DNA of 63,650 bases, the filler included, from Rhabdomonas costata (Eukaryota): assembly GCA_019059605.1 (NCBI GenBank). It is 33 parts of 33 records of this genome, joined end to end, with 100 filler letters (N's around TTAATTAATTAA, not from the genome) between each part and the next. Parts side by side here need not be neighbours in the genome. Positions count along the whole stretch, not along the records: positions 11,606 to 13,442 come from JAHMHO010008457.1; positions 13,543 to 15,372 come from JAHMHO010008458.1; positions 15,473 to 17,304 come from JAHMHO010008459.1; positions 17,405 to 19,236 come from JAHMHO010008460.1; positions 19,337 to 21,168 come from JAHMHO010008461.1; positions 21,269 to 23,099 come from JAHMHO010008462.1; positions 23,200 to 25,030 come from JAHMHO010008463.1; 26 more parts are not named here. The stretch is one strand, 5' to 3'. A program made the position numbers and the translations under genes. The notes under the pieces were generated by a model that had not been told where the DNA came from, did no database searches, and saw only the letters and a list, made by a program, of their open reading frames with translations. This document shows positions 12,579 to 23,994 of this stretch, piece after piece; position 1 is the first letter of the stretch, and each line of letters starts with the position of its first letter.

Positions 12579-13619
12579 ATGCTAAAAGCCACACAACAAC
12601 GGGACACAGTCGCTGGCTTTTCGATTGCCTATTGTCATTTGGTGTCCATGTGTGTTCATCGCTGCTTCAGATTGCCTTTATTAATGGCCGAGTAAAGCAA
12701 ATGGAAAAAACCTGCAAAAAAGCAAAAAAAAAAAAAGCACCTGGGCTGTGAAGCTTTTTCGTCTGCCTTGCTGACCTGAAAAAAAAATCACCGAAAGGAT
12801 CAAGTGCACAGTTTCAAGTGAACAATTGATGATACGCTGCTATGGCTACCATAACGAAAGATGCCGTGAAAACTTCCCGCTCACTGCCACTAGCTACCAC
12901 TTAATCTTCGGCCAGGGACAGATTGCAAATTTCCACGGGAAATCTTTCGCTCAGGAAAAAGCATCCATGAACGATAAAGTGCATTTTTGGTTGGAAATAT
13001 CAGCCTATAACAGCGCACCTGCTCAGTCTTCTCAGTCTTCTCAGTCCTGGGGACCTCACCGCTCTGCTTGGTCAGAGTAAGTGCTGGTGCTGCAGAGAAA
13101 CCAAATGACAACCACCTATCCTGTTGCAAAATCCAGTCGCCGGAAAAAGACTGCAGGGGGAGGATATACCTTGCACGGGATGCTGCAGCACTACCGTGCG
13201 GGCAGGCTCGCGGCGTGAGACCGTACCCCGCTCGTTGTCGAGTCAGTAGAAAGCTTTATTGTCCTGGGCGGCTCCATCACTTAGACGGAAAAAAAAAGGA
13301 ATGTCTCGGGGAAAATTCTTTGGAAGAACCTTCACTCAAGGGAAATTTCTTTTGTTGTGTATGCCATCACAAGAGCTAAAAATTGGGCGTACCAACAATG
13401 GGATTGCTGCGAACTTCTGGGTTCAGGGATCGAGTCACAACANNNNNNNNNNNNNNNNNNNNNNNNNNNNNNNNNNNNNNNNNNNNTTAATTAATTAANN
13501 NNNNNNNNNNNNNNNNNNNNNNNNNNNNNNNNNNNNNNNNNNGTGTTTTGTTTCTTCACTGTGGTGGGAAAGGGAGACACCCTGGACAAAACTTCACAGC
13601 TCGCCTTTTCGAGGCATAC

Positions 13620-14756
13620 CTTCCCCCCTCAGGCTGCACCACGGCCACGGAGGCCACCACGGCACCCTTCAAGGTGAGGTCGACCCTCTGCGTGGCCCCC
13701 GGGGCGTCGTCCCCAGGGCACAGCCCAGCGGGGAAGCCCGTGATGAAGGTTGGCCCCGCCGCCGCGGCCGTGGGGACGTACTTCTGAAACAGCATGTCGA
13801 GCAGCACGCAGGAGTTGTCGTCGGCTGGGAGCTCCTCGCCGAGAAACTTGCACTGCGAGGCCTTCTCCAGGAAGGTCATCAGGGGAACGGCAGGGAAGGG
13901 CGGGGTGAAGTCCATGTCCACCCCGGTGCTGGCGTTGTCCTCGGCGAATTTCACCTTGTGGTTGCCGACCAGCTCCCTGACCAAGCTGGCGATCATGTCC
14001 TGATGAGAACACACAAACTTGAGCTTCACCATTCACCCCTCCAAAATTCTAAATCCCCTGGTTCGACATTGGTTTTTTTTGCGGGGTGTGCCAACACTGC
14101 GGCAACATGCAGGCATGCCCGCAAAAACGGGGTGCCAGTTGTTCAGGCTCAGAGTCCGAGGTGGGCAAACGGCAAATAAATGTACACTGCTTGTATAGAG
14201 AAAGAAAGGCAAGGGAAAAAAGAAAGGAAGGCATGAGACAAACGGAAAGAAAGGAATGATGGGTGGAAGGAGTTTGACATTCTTTTCTTTTGAATCCAAT
14301 TGAGGACAACATCCAAAACTGCGTGGGGGATCCGAATCAGGTCACGATGCGTCCGCACGATGCGTCTTCAACTTAATATAGAAAAATCCCCCACGAATGC
14401 CTCCTTCGCCCGCCCTCAACAGAGATATGAGCGAATCGAAAACCGGCCTAAATAAAAAAGTCTCCATCACTCCCGGGCTGCATGAAGACGAGTAGTGAAT
14501 GGCGAGCGGGCGGGCGGCAGGCGCAGGCAAGGGGGAAGGTAAGGGGGTGGAAAGCGGACCTGGACGAGCCCTTGGACCTGAGCCAGGCTCTCATCCCGCC
14601 ACGTCAGCGCGACCTGGCTGGAAGTCGATGAGGTGTTTTCATCGTCCAGCCCACGGCTTCGCGCCCAGCTTAGCACAAAGGAGCGAACCTCCTCCGTGGA
14701 CTCATCCTCAGGGTTGGGCCGGGACCGGGGCATCGCCGCAGACGGCCACGGCCTAC
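13620..14756 (-). CDS. Lysyl-tRNA synthetase (class IIb)-like protein with degenerate catalytic motifs, 2 exons
   Basis: Exons ~14756-14560 and 13999-13620 joined by a phase-0 GT-AG intron. VQGLVQ|DMIASLVRELVGNHKVKF...VDMDFTPPFPAVPLMTFLEKA...LLDMLFQKYV...PTFITGFPAGLCP...TQRVDLTLKG follows eukaryotic LysRS (E.MISG.V....G.YKV....DFTPPF.......LEK; LLDKL..EF.E....PTFI...P..MSPL; ERFELF). Confidence 0.75.
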
Positions 14757-17404
14757 CTACACACACTCTTTATCTTTGCGCTTTGGATAAAAATGAGGAA
14801 AATAAAAACCTGTTTGAGAGCATGCAAATAGAAATGGACGGAGGGAGCTGGGGTGGCATCGTTGGATTCCGGGCGTCCTGACTGCGATTTGTTTTTGTAC
14901 AAAGTATGCAGGGCATTACAATTTACCATCTATGTTCATCGATTACACGATTGACCTCACTGTCTCTGTGGGACTTCTGGCTGTGCCATTCAGAATCGCA
15001 ACCACTCGTGCTGAGTTGGGTATCACGGACCCACAATCAAGGACAAGAGAATAAAAAATGGATTGTTATGCAAAAACAACAACATCATCAACCGCACTTT
15101 GCCATATTCTTTTTATTGGAAGGGATTTGAACCCTGTTCATATAGGAAGGGGGGCGGGCGAAGCGGATCCTGACTGTAACAAGACGCATCAACTACCGAA
15201 ACAGTTCTCAGGCTTCGGGCTGAATGGACGGGACTCTCACCTCGCAACCTGACAAGGGCCATACATCATCAATAGTCAGTTCTGTCTTAAAAACCGGCCA
15301 GCAATGGTGATCACACACTTTGTCGCTCTGCTGAAGGTTGGCGCTCAAGATGCAGCTTCACCACCACAACCCNNNNNNNNNNNNNNNNNNNNNNNNNNNN
15401 NNNNNNNNNNNNNNNNTTAATTAATTAANNNNNNNNNNNNNNNNNNNNNNNNNNNNNNNNNNNNNNNNNNNNTGTTTGTGGTCGCCAGTGATTAAAGGGT
15501 GAGGGCCCTCGCCGGGCACGCCCATTAAAAGACAGCGAGGAGAGCGGGTGCAGAGGGTGGCCCGTAGAGCGCGAGCCTCCCACCAGTCTGTTTTTGAGAA
15601 GGGAGGGGGACCCGTCGAAGACGGTCTCTATCCGCTCCCGCAACGCAAAAACCAGTGGTGGGGGAGGGGGGCAAAGTGACTGGACCTCCAGTGCGAGGTG
15701 ATACTGGGGAGGTGAAACTGGCGAGGTGAAACTGTTCGATCTAGTTTTTTGTTTGGTTTTGATCGAAAATTGCTTGAGTCGTTTTTAGCTGTCGGCCGAA
15801 AAATCTTTGCCGAGTGTCCGCTTTGAAACCGTGCACTGCAGCACGGAACATTGAAATCCGACGTTGGTCCGTCTCCAAATCCCAGTAAAAAGAGTCCGGT
15901 TGCGGGGGATGTGTAGGATTTTGGCGGAGACGATTGAAATTCAGGAGCAGGCGATACCTGTGTGCTGTGCTGTTTTGACAACATGCTGAGCATAAAAGCA
16001 ATTATACATGCACCGCAAAAATGAGGGTGAGGGGGGGGGGGTTCGTTGGGTCCACCAGCCGAAGGTTTCAGATGGCGTCAGAAGGCAACTGAGTCATCGT
16101 GAGTCATTCCCAACACCCCCACCATGTCGTTGCTGCTCTCTCTTTTTCAAATACCCCTCCCCTACCCACCAGCATTACCGAGGTACTTCCCCAAACAGTG
16201 CCTCGTGGTCCTAATTCCCCACCCATTTTTCCCTGCCTACGCTTTGTCTTACAATTCCTCCTTTTGCTTTTATGCTTGCTTTCGTACAATCTCCTTCCAT
16301 ACAATCTGCGAACATCATCATGTGTCATGCGGCGGGGATTATTTGAAGGCGAGCGCGAGTCGCTGCGGCTGCCGCAGACCCTTCAGATTAGGTTATCACG
16401 CTCCAAAAATAGGGTATCTGTGATGAGATCGGTCGTGATTAAGGTTTTGGGTACCTTGCAGTGACATCAGGAGGATTGCTGGGAAAATCAACCCCGAAGC
16501 GAGGGGTAATTTTCAAGATTCGAAACTTGCTTATATTCATGAACCCAAAGAACCCAAAGCGCAGCGGTGGCCGTGCTTCTTCTTCTTCTTTTCTTTCCCT
16601 TTTTCTTTTCTTTTCGATAACTTACATTTGGGTGAGACTCAAAGCACTCAAAGCCCCTCACGTGAAAGGAAATGGTGGTGGTAGTGGTTCTGAAAACACA
16701 ATCAACCGGTGCCCACTCCCTGAAATTCCATCCAACCCCATGGAACAATCTAATTCCTCATTATGGTTCCTTCTTGCCCAACTGTCGCTTCTTCCTCTCA
16801 GTCAGTAACACAACTGTAAGACAACAATAACCCACTCGCAAGCAAGTCTGGGATACGAGCGGCAGCGGATTTCCAACGCGCTCCTGCGTTTGTTTGTATG
16901 AATCGCTCACAAGGCGCGTGTTGAAATTTTCCGATTGCCCTTTCTAAAGGTGTGCCAAACCGTCCCCACAAAACCTGGGCATTCCATCTGAATACATCTA
17001 AACCATCTACCAATCTAACCATCGAAAACCATCTCATTCTGCTGGAGTTCTGAGACTCACACAAGAAGCAGCAGTAAGGTCCCTGCCACCACATCGCCAC
17101 GTTTCCTTCTGTTTCTACCTGCCGCCATCTGTCGCGATCTAAGCCGAATTTTATGTTGAGAAAAGGTTATTGTTTGCCGCATTGCGACTGCTCGAGTGGG
17201 GGCAACCGCAAAACTGAGGTTGGGTTTTCGTGTCCCAAACGCAACCTGCGCTTTCCAATGTAAATAAGTCGAAAAGTTGCCAACCCACGAATTTCTTTTC
17301 ACCGNNNNNNNNNNNNNNNNNNNNNNNNNNNNNNNNNNNNNNNNNNNNTTAATTAATTAANNNNNNNNNNNNNNNNNNNNNNNNNNNNNNNNNNNNNNNN
17401 NNNN

Positions 17405-19236
17405 GGCGGCATGCACACAGCGGTGCCCCGGTGGGGTGTCGTCCCCCTGCTCGGGCCATGGCACGTGCAACCCCGTCTCTGGAATCTGCACGTGCACCTC
17501 CGTGGGAGATCGACAGGTGTGTCGGTGGTTGGTCGACCTTCCCGCAAGAATGATACCAAGTTGTCACGAATACGCTTTCCGGAGCGGACCCATCGTTCAG
17601 GCATTCTGGAAGTGGTTGTGGGAGATCTGAGCGATATCGTTTAAGATTAACTCGATGGAATCAATGGTAAAGATTTCCAATGACGTCCACACGGAGAACA
17701 AAAACCAAGCGATCAAACAGGTGGGCAGTATTTTCCAGAGGACGGAGGCAACATGAATGAGAGGGAAAATACGAGAAGTCACTCGTGTGTGCTGCGCAAA
17801 AACGAACCGTAGGTCATAGATGTTCCGGTAGAAGAGGCGCTTGTATGAATGTCATGGAGCGCGTGTGGGTTTCAAAGAGCTGGGTGGGCGAAGCTTTCGC
17901 GCAACAAATCGCACACTGGACGAAGGGACAGTCAGCCAGAGGGAGGAAGAAACGGAGGGTATTGCGTATCTGGTGGAGAAGAGAGAAAGTCGGAAGAACT
18001 GTGAGACCAGGCACAAAGTCGGCACGAAAACCGATGCAACCAAAATTCTATTCATGGTCTATACGCGTTGTTCACAGTTCAACAACAACCCAACATCCTT
18101 CCCCCCGACCGACCGACCGACCGACTGATCTAGCAGGGAGTAACTGATGGCCCTGAGGCTCCACTCCCCACCAATGGATCCAAGTTCGGAGAGCCGCCCC
18201 CAGCATCTCCTGCGTAAGGCGGGCTCACGCACACGCAACGGTTCCAGCAGCCCAGATTAAGTCGATCGGCATACGGTGATGTGGCGCGGCGTTGGGAAAT
18301 TTCGGTTAAGAATGGGCTTGCTGTGTGTTGCGCTCGCTAGAAAGCGGCGTTTTATGTTTATGCGTATATCCTTCGTGCTGTATATTGTCTCAGATGAAAC
18401 TTCAGTTAGCACAGGAAAGGCATCAGAGTTGTTCAGAGTCAGTCATTGTGAGTGTAGGCGAAAAACATGTGAGGTGCATCGAAACTGGACTCTCTTCTTG
18501 CAGTACGCCGGAGTGGATTGTAGGCTGGAGTGCCCTGTCTCCGCGGTGATGAACCTGACCTGTGGCATGGGCAGCTGCGACCCTGCCACGGCAGCCTGCG
18601 TTTGCTCCGGGTGTGCTCCCACGGCATCCCTCTCTGCTGCAACCCCCCCCCCTCCTTTTGAGGGGGAGGGGCGTTGTCTCGGTCCCCCAGCATACTTGCG
18701 CCTTATGTATTTTTTTTGTTAGTCCCAAGGATGCCTGCCTGATTTGCTGCAGGAACTGGGCAGGCCCTACTTGTGACGGGTGCCAAGCTGGGTACTCCGG
18801 GCCCTTATGCGCAACGGTGTGCCCGACTGCAGTGCAGGGTCTACCCTGCTCCGGGGTGTGCCTCCTTCTTCCTCCACCTCCACCCTTCTTGCTCCTATCC
18901 CTGCGACTGTCACTCCCTTTTCTAAGGGCACTCACTTTAGCAAAAGAAATTCCAAGAGTGAACCAGAAGGGAGACGTTCTTTAGAGTATGCTGTGGAAGA
19001 CGTTTCGAAGAAAACGGGATATGCCTCTCTTGAGCCCGTTGTGTTTCTTGAATGCACGAAGGGGGCTGCAGAGCTTGCACGAAGCACGCGATAATGCCTG
19101 GTCACCGACCATCATGGGGAACTCCAATAGGAGTTGAGAAGGCCACCAATGCTAAAATGAGTCCGCGCTGTCCCTTCACAGAATGGGCACTGCAGCGACG
19201 GGCTCACTGGAGACGGCCGCTGCACCTGCAACAAAC
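17405..19236 (+). CDS. EGF/laminin-type EGF repeat extracellular protein, 4 exons
   Basis: Exons 17405-17516, 18504-18610, 18753-18855, 19182-19236: CPGGVSSPCSGHGTCNPVSGICTC...YAGVDCRLECP...CGMGSCDPATAACVCSGNWAGPTCDGCQAGYSGPLC...PCSGNGHCSDGLTGDGRCTCN. Confidence 0.88.
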
Positions 19237-19796
19237 NNNNNNNNNNNNNNNNNNNNNNNNNNNNNNNNNNNNNNNNNNNNTTAATTAATTAANNNNNNNN
19301 NNNNNNNNNNNNNNNNNNNNNNNNNNNNNNNNNNNNTGGGGGGGGGGGGTTCCCATATATATTGGTCATGGTACAATGGCTATACTATCCCATACAACGG
19401 GCACACACACACAAACACACACCAAGTGTACTTTCCCTCACTTCTCGCTCCTCCTCTCTCATTTACGTTTTGCGGGTGCCAACAGCCCACCGGGGATGTC
19501 CGCCGTTGGTTTTCTTTGGTAATCCAAGGGGAGTACTCTCGCTCCACCTGCGGCCGTTTATTGCTGGGAGCGATAGCCATGCACAGCACCATATGCGGTT
19601 GCGAGAGGAAATTGCTGCAATTGTTGTCCAACACGTGCCTTGGCTCTGCCTCAGCCCGCTGCTCTGTTCTGACAGCTGGAAAATAATGGCAGTACAGCAA
19701 AATGGGGGGCTCGGCGTCAACAGGCAAACACTTCTAACAGGAAGGCCTGCCTTTGCTCTGCCCGCTGCCAGAACGTGCGCTGCGGTTTGCTCTCAG

Positions 19797-20984
19797 GAGA
19801 TTCAGCTTCGGCGGTACTTCTGGGACATCGGTGTGCTTCCTGGGGGCAGGGGCACCTTGCATAGGTTTTGGGGGTATGGAGGTTTTGACCGAAACGCGCC
19901 GGGGGTTTTCCTGTGGTGTAGATCGCTCATTCCAATTTTTCAGTGACGGCTTTGGAGGGAAGTAGCAAATGGGTAATGAACAGTTAAACTCCTTCCCTCG
20001 ACTGAATGTCTGGCGCCGACTTTGCCGCACTGCCCGATTTGCCGGGTGGTCCTCATCACATTGCGTTCTCTTCCGCAACCGCTGCCCACGTACACACACA
20101 TTTCTGTTTGGTAGACGAACGCGAGATTGCAGAGCTGCAGTTGCTGACGAAGGAGGATGTCGTGGCACTGTATCGCACGTACCTGAGCAACTCCGCGCCG
20201 AAGCGGCGTTGCCTTGCCACCATCGTGTACAGCAGAAACCACAGGGAGCCCTTCGAGACCATCCTGAAGAGCCACAAGACGGTGTGACATTAGCTAGGTT
20301 GTTTGGGGTGAGATTTCTTCGGCATTGGGTTCGCAGTCATTACATTCCCGCTGCGTGTTATTTCAACTTCATAAAATCTGTTCTTGTTGGTTCTAACAAT
20401 CTCTCCTTTTCTCAGTTCGTCAACCTTCGTTGATGCAAACATGGGTCGTGGGTGCGTGTGCGCAGGACATCATGGCAGTGATTCCGACGACGCTTCCGCC
20501 GTACGACGAGACTCCCGAGGCCAACCAAAGCCCGCTTAAAGGTTGCACAGAGCATTGAGAGACGAGCATTAGTTGTCAGAGATGAAGCGATTTTTCTGCC
20601 TTTTTGTTTTTCCCTCTTCGCTCAATGCTCCGTGGTTAGAAAGGTTCGTGTTCTTCGCACAGCATTGGCGCCAGACCTCCGGAACCAGCTGGTAGCCTTC
20701 GCCTCAACGAAAGGTGTGCTCCTGCTTATTGCTGGGCAACCGCGGGTCCCAGTTGGGGATTGTGTGTGTACGCGCGCGCTATAAAGCACCAGCTTTCTTG
20801 TGCGTAGTACCTTCATTAGCAGGTCAGTTGGTATGCGCTGCACATCGCTGCCGGGACACGCGGCGCGAAACTATGTCGCGGCGAAACTATGTCTCATCAA
20901 AAGGTGTTGACCTGTCGGCAGCCACGGACCAGGAGCTGCTTCAGGCTGCCACCCATCTGGGCCTCATTGGGCAGAATGGCACAG
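19797..20984 (+). CDS. Insulysin/nardilysin-like M16A metallopeptidase, C-terminal region, 4 exons
   Basis: Exons 19797-19830, 20115-20281, 20466-20541, 20904-20984 are phase-consistent. EIQLRRYFWDIDEREIAELQLLTKEDVVALYRTYLSNSAPKRRCLATIVYS resembles the IDE C-terminus (EI....Y.FD....E...L..LTKED...FY.......AP.R). Confidence 0.75.
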
Positions 20985-21699
20985 GTGCATTTTCTGGTGA
21001 ATAGAAAGGGTTTTGGGGAGGGGGGGGGGCGAAACCTCAGCGGCGTATTCCGCACGGAAAAAGGAGATAGGGCCTTCCCCGGTCCATCGGACAATGTGAA
21101 AGAATTGTGAAAGGGGCTGCACGGATATGAAAGCTCCCCAACTCCCCAAGACAGCGACCACAACAACANNNNNNNNNNNNNNNNNNNNNNNNNNNNNNNN
21201 NNNNNNNNNNNNTTAATTAATTAANNNNNNNNNNNNNNNNNNNNNNNNNNNNNNNNNNNNNNNNNNNNGGTGGTTGGGTCAAAAATGTCCTTTCAGTGCT
21301 TGTGGAGAAAACTTAGGAAAAAGGTGAGTTTAGCTAGGAGACCACGGATAACAGACTGCCTGCAGATGGTCAAAGTGAAGGAAAGCGAGAAACCAGTTAT
21401 TCCTTACTTTTGCGCGAAGATCTATCTTATATGTATAAAACTCGGTGGTCACGCAGTAGTATGACAGACAAGCGAGCCTGTGCTTTTTATATATTCGGCT
21501 AACACCTTCCCCCAATTGTAGCAATTGAAAGCACAGCGGTGATATTCGGTTATGTACACCCATAAAGGCTGGTTGGCTAAGGGACAACCTTCAAAAGCGT
21601 AAAAAAAAAAAGAACTTTTGGAGTGGATAGAAACCATCTCCCCAAAAGGTTCCTATTGCCCCAAAACCCAGCGAGCTACGATGCCAAGGATCGAGATAC

Positions 21700-22890
21700 T
21701 TCAAGACCGCCATGGGGCTCTGGTAGTTCACCATGCCCTCGATCCTCCGGAGAGATCGCTGGAGATATTGCAGCCCACACCCGACGCAGAACACCAGGCA
21801 GTGCTGCTCCGCGTCGCCCTCGCTGTCCACCTTTTGCATGAGAACACATACAAAAAGCACCACGAGCTACTTCGATAACATTAACTGTCCCCTGCAATTT
21901 AAGTTTCGGCCCAGGTTGAGGTTTACTCATGGGTTCTGCCCGCCCGACGTTTATGCTCGGCAGGTATGCCGGAAACGAGAAGGCCGGAATCGCAGCAGAG
22001 TTCAAAACACTCGCCAAAAAAGCCATTTTTGCAGCCTGAAGAGAACGCTGCGCCAATGCTCAAAAGTTCCGGAGATCGAAAACCAGGTCAGGCTCAGGTT
22101 AACATGCATGAACCTTTCCCAACCGGGCACTTATCACGAACTGGGAAAACCAGGAAAGTCAGGGTTGTAGACCCGGAGCAGTTCAAACCCATTTCGGTCA
22201 AGCCATGTTACCCAAGGAAGGAGAGAACGGCAAGGTTTTCAGACAAAACAAGCGGTTCTATCGGCCCCTACTTACTGTGCTCTGGTTCAGGCCGCAGGTT
22301 GGAAGAGGGAACTAAATCGCGGCTTCGGGAGGGACCACCAATACAGCTCAGATAAGAACGGAAACAACTGTCCTGTGAAGAAGCGGTGAGAGGAGAACAA
22401 GGCAATGCATCCAACAGTGCATACGCAAAGGACGCTAGGGTGAAGGGCCCGTAGCGCAGAGCGCTGCTATGTTCTGGGGCTTTCCCGTCAAAAGTGAAAA
22501 TCCACAAGTCTTCCTATTCATAAAATAAATGTACCGAAGAGAAAAAAACCGAAAAATACCGGTCCAAAATTCACGAGAACAGTTTAAAATGAACCAGAAG
22601 CAGTGAACTCATGTATGTAACCAGGTCACAACTGCCTGCCGCCAAGCCGTCTTCAGAAACCAGAAACCAGAACACTGAGATTTCCCCACAGGCACCTGCT
22701 GCCAGCCCGCCTGGGGGTCCTTTCCGCCGCACAGCTCGCAGCGGTATTCCGACATAGACACTGGCAAGGGGTTCATGTAGGCCATCCGCACCAAACCTTG
22801 CTGAGGATGCTCGAAGTGAAGCACGGGCTGAGAGGGCGTTGTGGGAACAGCCACGGGGCGGGTTGGCCACTGGCTTATCCGCTTGAGCTT
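21700..22890 (-). CDS. Unknown protein with a putative CxxC...CxxC zinc-binding motif, 2 exons
   Basis: Exons 22890-22696 and 21830-21700 join in phase 0: ...YRCELCGGKDPQAGWQQ|VDSEGDAEQHCLVFCVGCGLQYLQRSL... Confidence 0.55.
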
Positions 22891-23199
22891 CTGCACGAAA
22901 AATGAAAACAGTAAAAATAATAGGTAGGTACACAAATCGTCTGAAAAGAAGCAGCGGCACCATCATTTCACGGAATATTTGTGTGCATCTGCAATGTGTG
23001 CACGAAGTGACAGGAAGCAGAGACCGATCAAAAGAACACACAGTCACCAAGCCAATGCAGGACTTTGTTCGATAAAGCAGAAGCGTAGATGGTAGTTTTN
23101 NNNNNNNNNNNNNNNNNNNNNNNNNNNNNNNNNNNNNNNNNNNTTAATTAATTAANNNNNNNNNNNNNNNNNNNNNNNNNNNNNNNNNNNNNNNNNNNN

Positions 23200-23994
23200 T
23201 CTTTCGCTGCAGCTGGGCTTCCACCTCGACATGTAGGGCATCCACCAGCAGCCCCCTCAGCGTAGAGTCCACCTCAGTGCCAGCCTCGGAGAGCTCCGCG
23301 TCAACCTGGGCGAGCCTGGCCTCAACCCACTGCCGCCAGTCCAACTCGCCGTCACCACCATGGGGGTCCCAGTGGGCTCGAGCCTCCTGACAGGGCATTG
23401 AAGCGGTCGGTCATTCCACGGAACGAACAAATACCAAAAGCAAGTCATAGGAAAGACCCCTTCACTGCAACATCCCAAATGCTGCGCACATACTTGCCGT
23501 CCATCATTCCGATGGATGTCACATATATTACACTATTCATGCGCGCAGTAAGGTGGTTCGGATGCTCTTGCAGCAAAAAATACAGAGAAACGTTGAGAAA
23601 CCCTCGAAGACTCCAAGGAAGCGCCACGACCCCGAATGGCACGGAAGAGGACCGAACCGTGACAAAAAGGAAGGTGTGCGCATCGCACTGGCTGAAGCAG
23701 CATCGTTATTTTGTGCTCTTATTCTTCGGTTATCCTGAACGATGAAAAAAGCAAGCACCGTGGACGCGCGCTAATAAACGCCACCGAGAGTTCTGCCTCA
23801 AGCCCCTGTTCGGCCTCCGCCAGCTCGGCCAGGGTGCGGCGGAGGTACCCCTTGAGCTCGTCCAGGTTGTGCTGGAGCTCCTCGTGGGGGTGGGCCTGGC
23901 TCTGGGCCCGACACTTCGCCCCACAACCCATCACTGAGGCCAGCAGGGCCTGAAAGTCCTCTCGGCGGTCCGCCCCCCAAGCATCCTCCTCCTC
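23200..23994 (-). CDS. Unknown helical/coiled-coil protein, 2 exons
   Basis: Exons 23994-23785 and 23386-23200, GC3-rich codons, phase-0 GT-AG junction; LQHNLDELKGYLRRTLAELAEAEQGLEAELS|EARAHW. Confidence 0.6.

Noticed and set aside
12230-12751. Long ORFs with KTKTK/FCFCF/QKQKQ runs
   Set aside because: Translations of the (AAAAAC)n microsatellite.
15473-17304. Assorted 60-120 aa ORFs here and in contigs 25131-26961, 48302-50130 and 54092-55921
   Set aside because: No motifs, codon bias or consistent splice chain; likely intronic or intergenic. A possible signal-anchor first exon at 54401-54493 is too weak to report.
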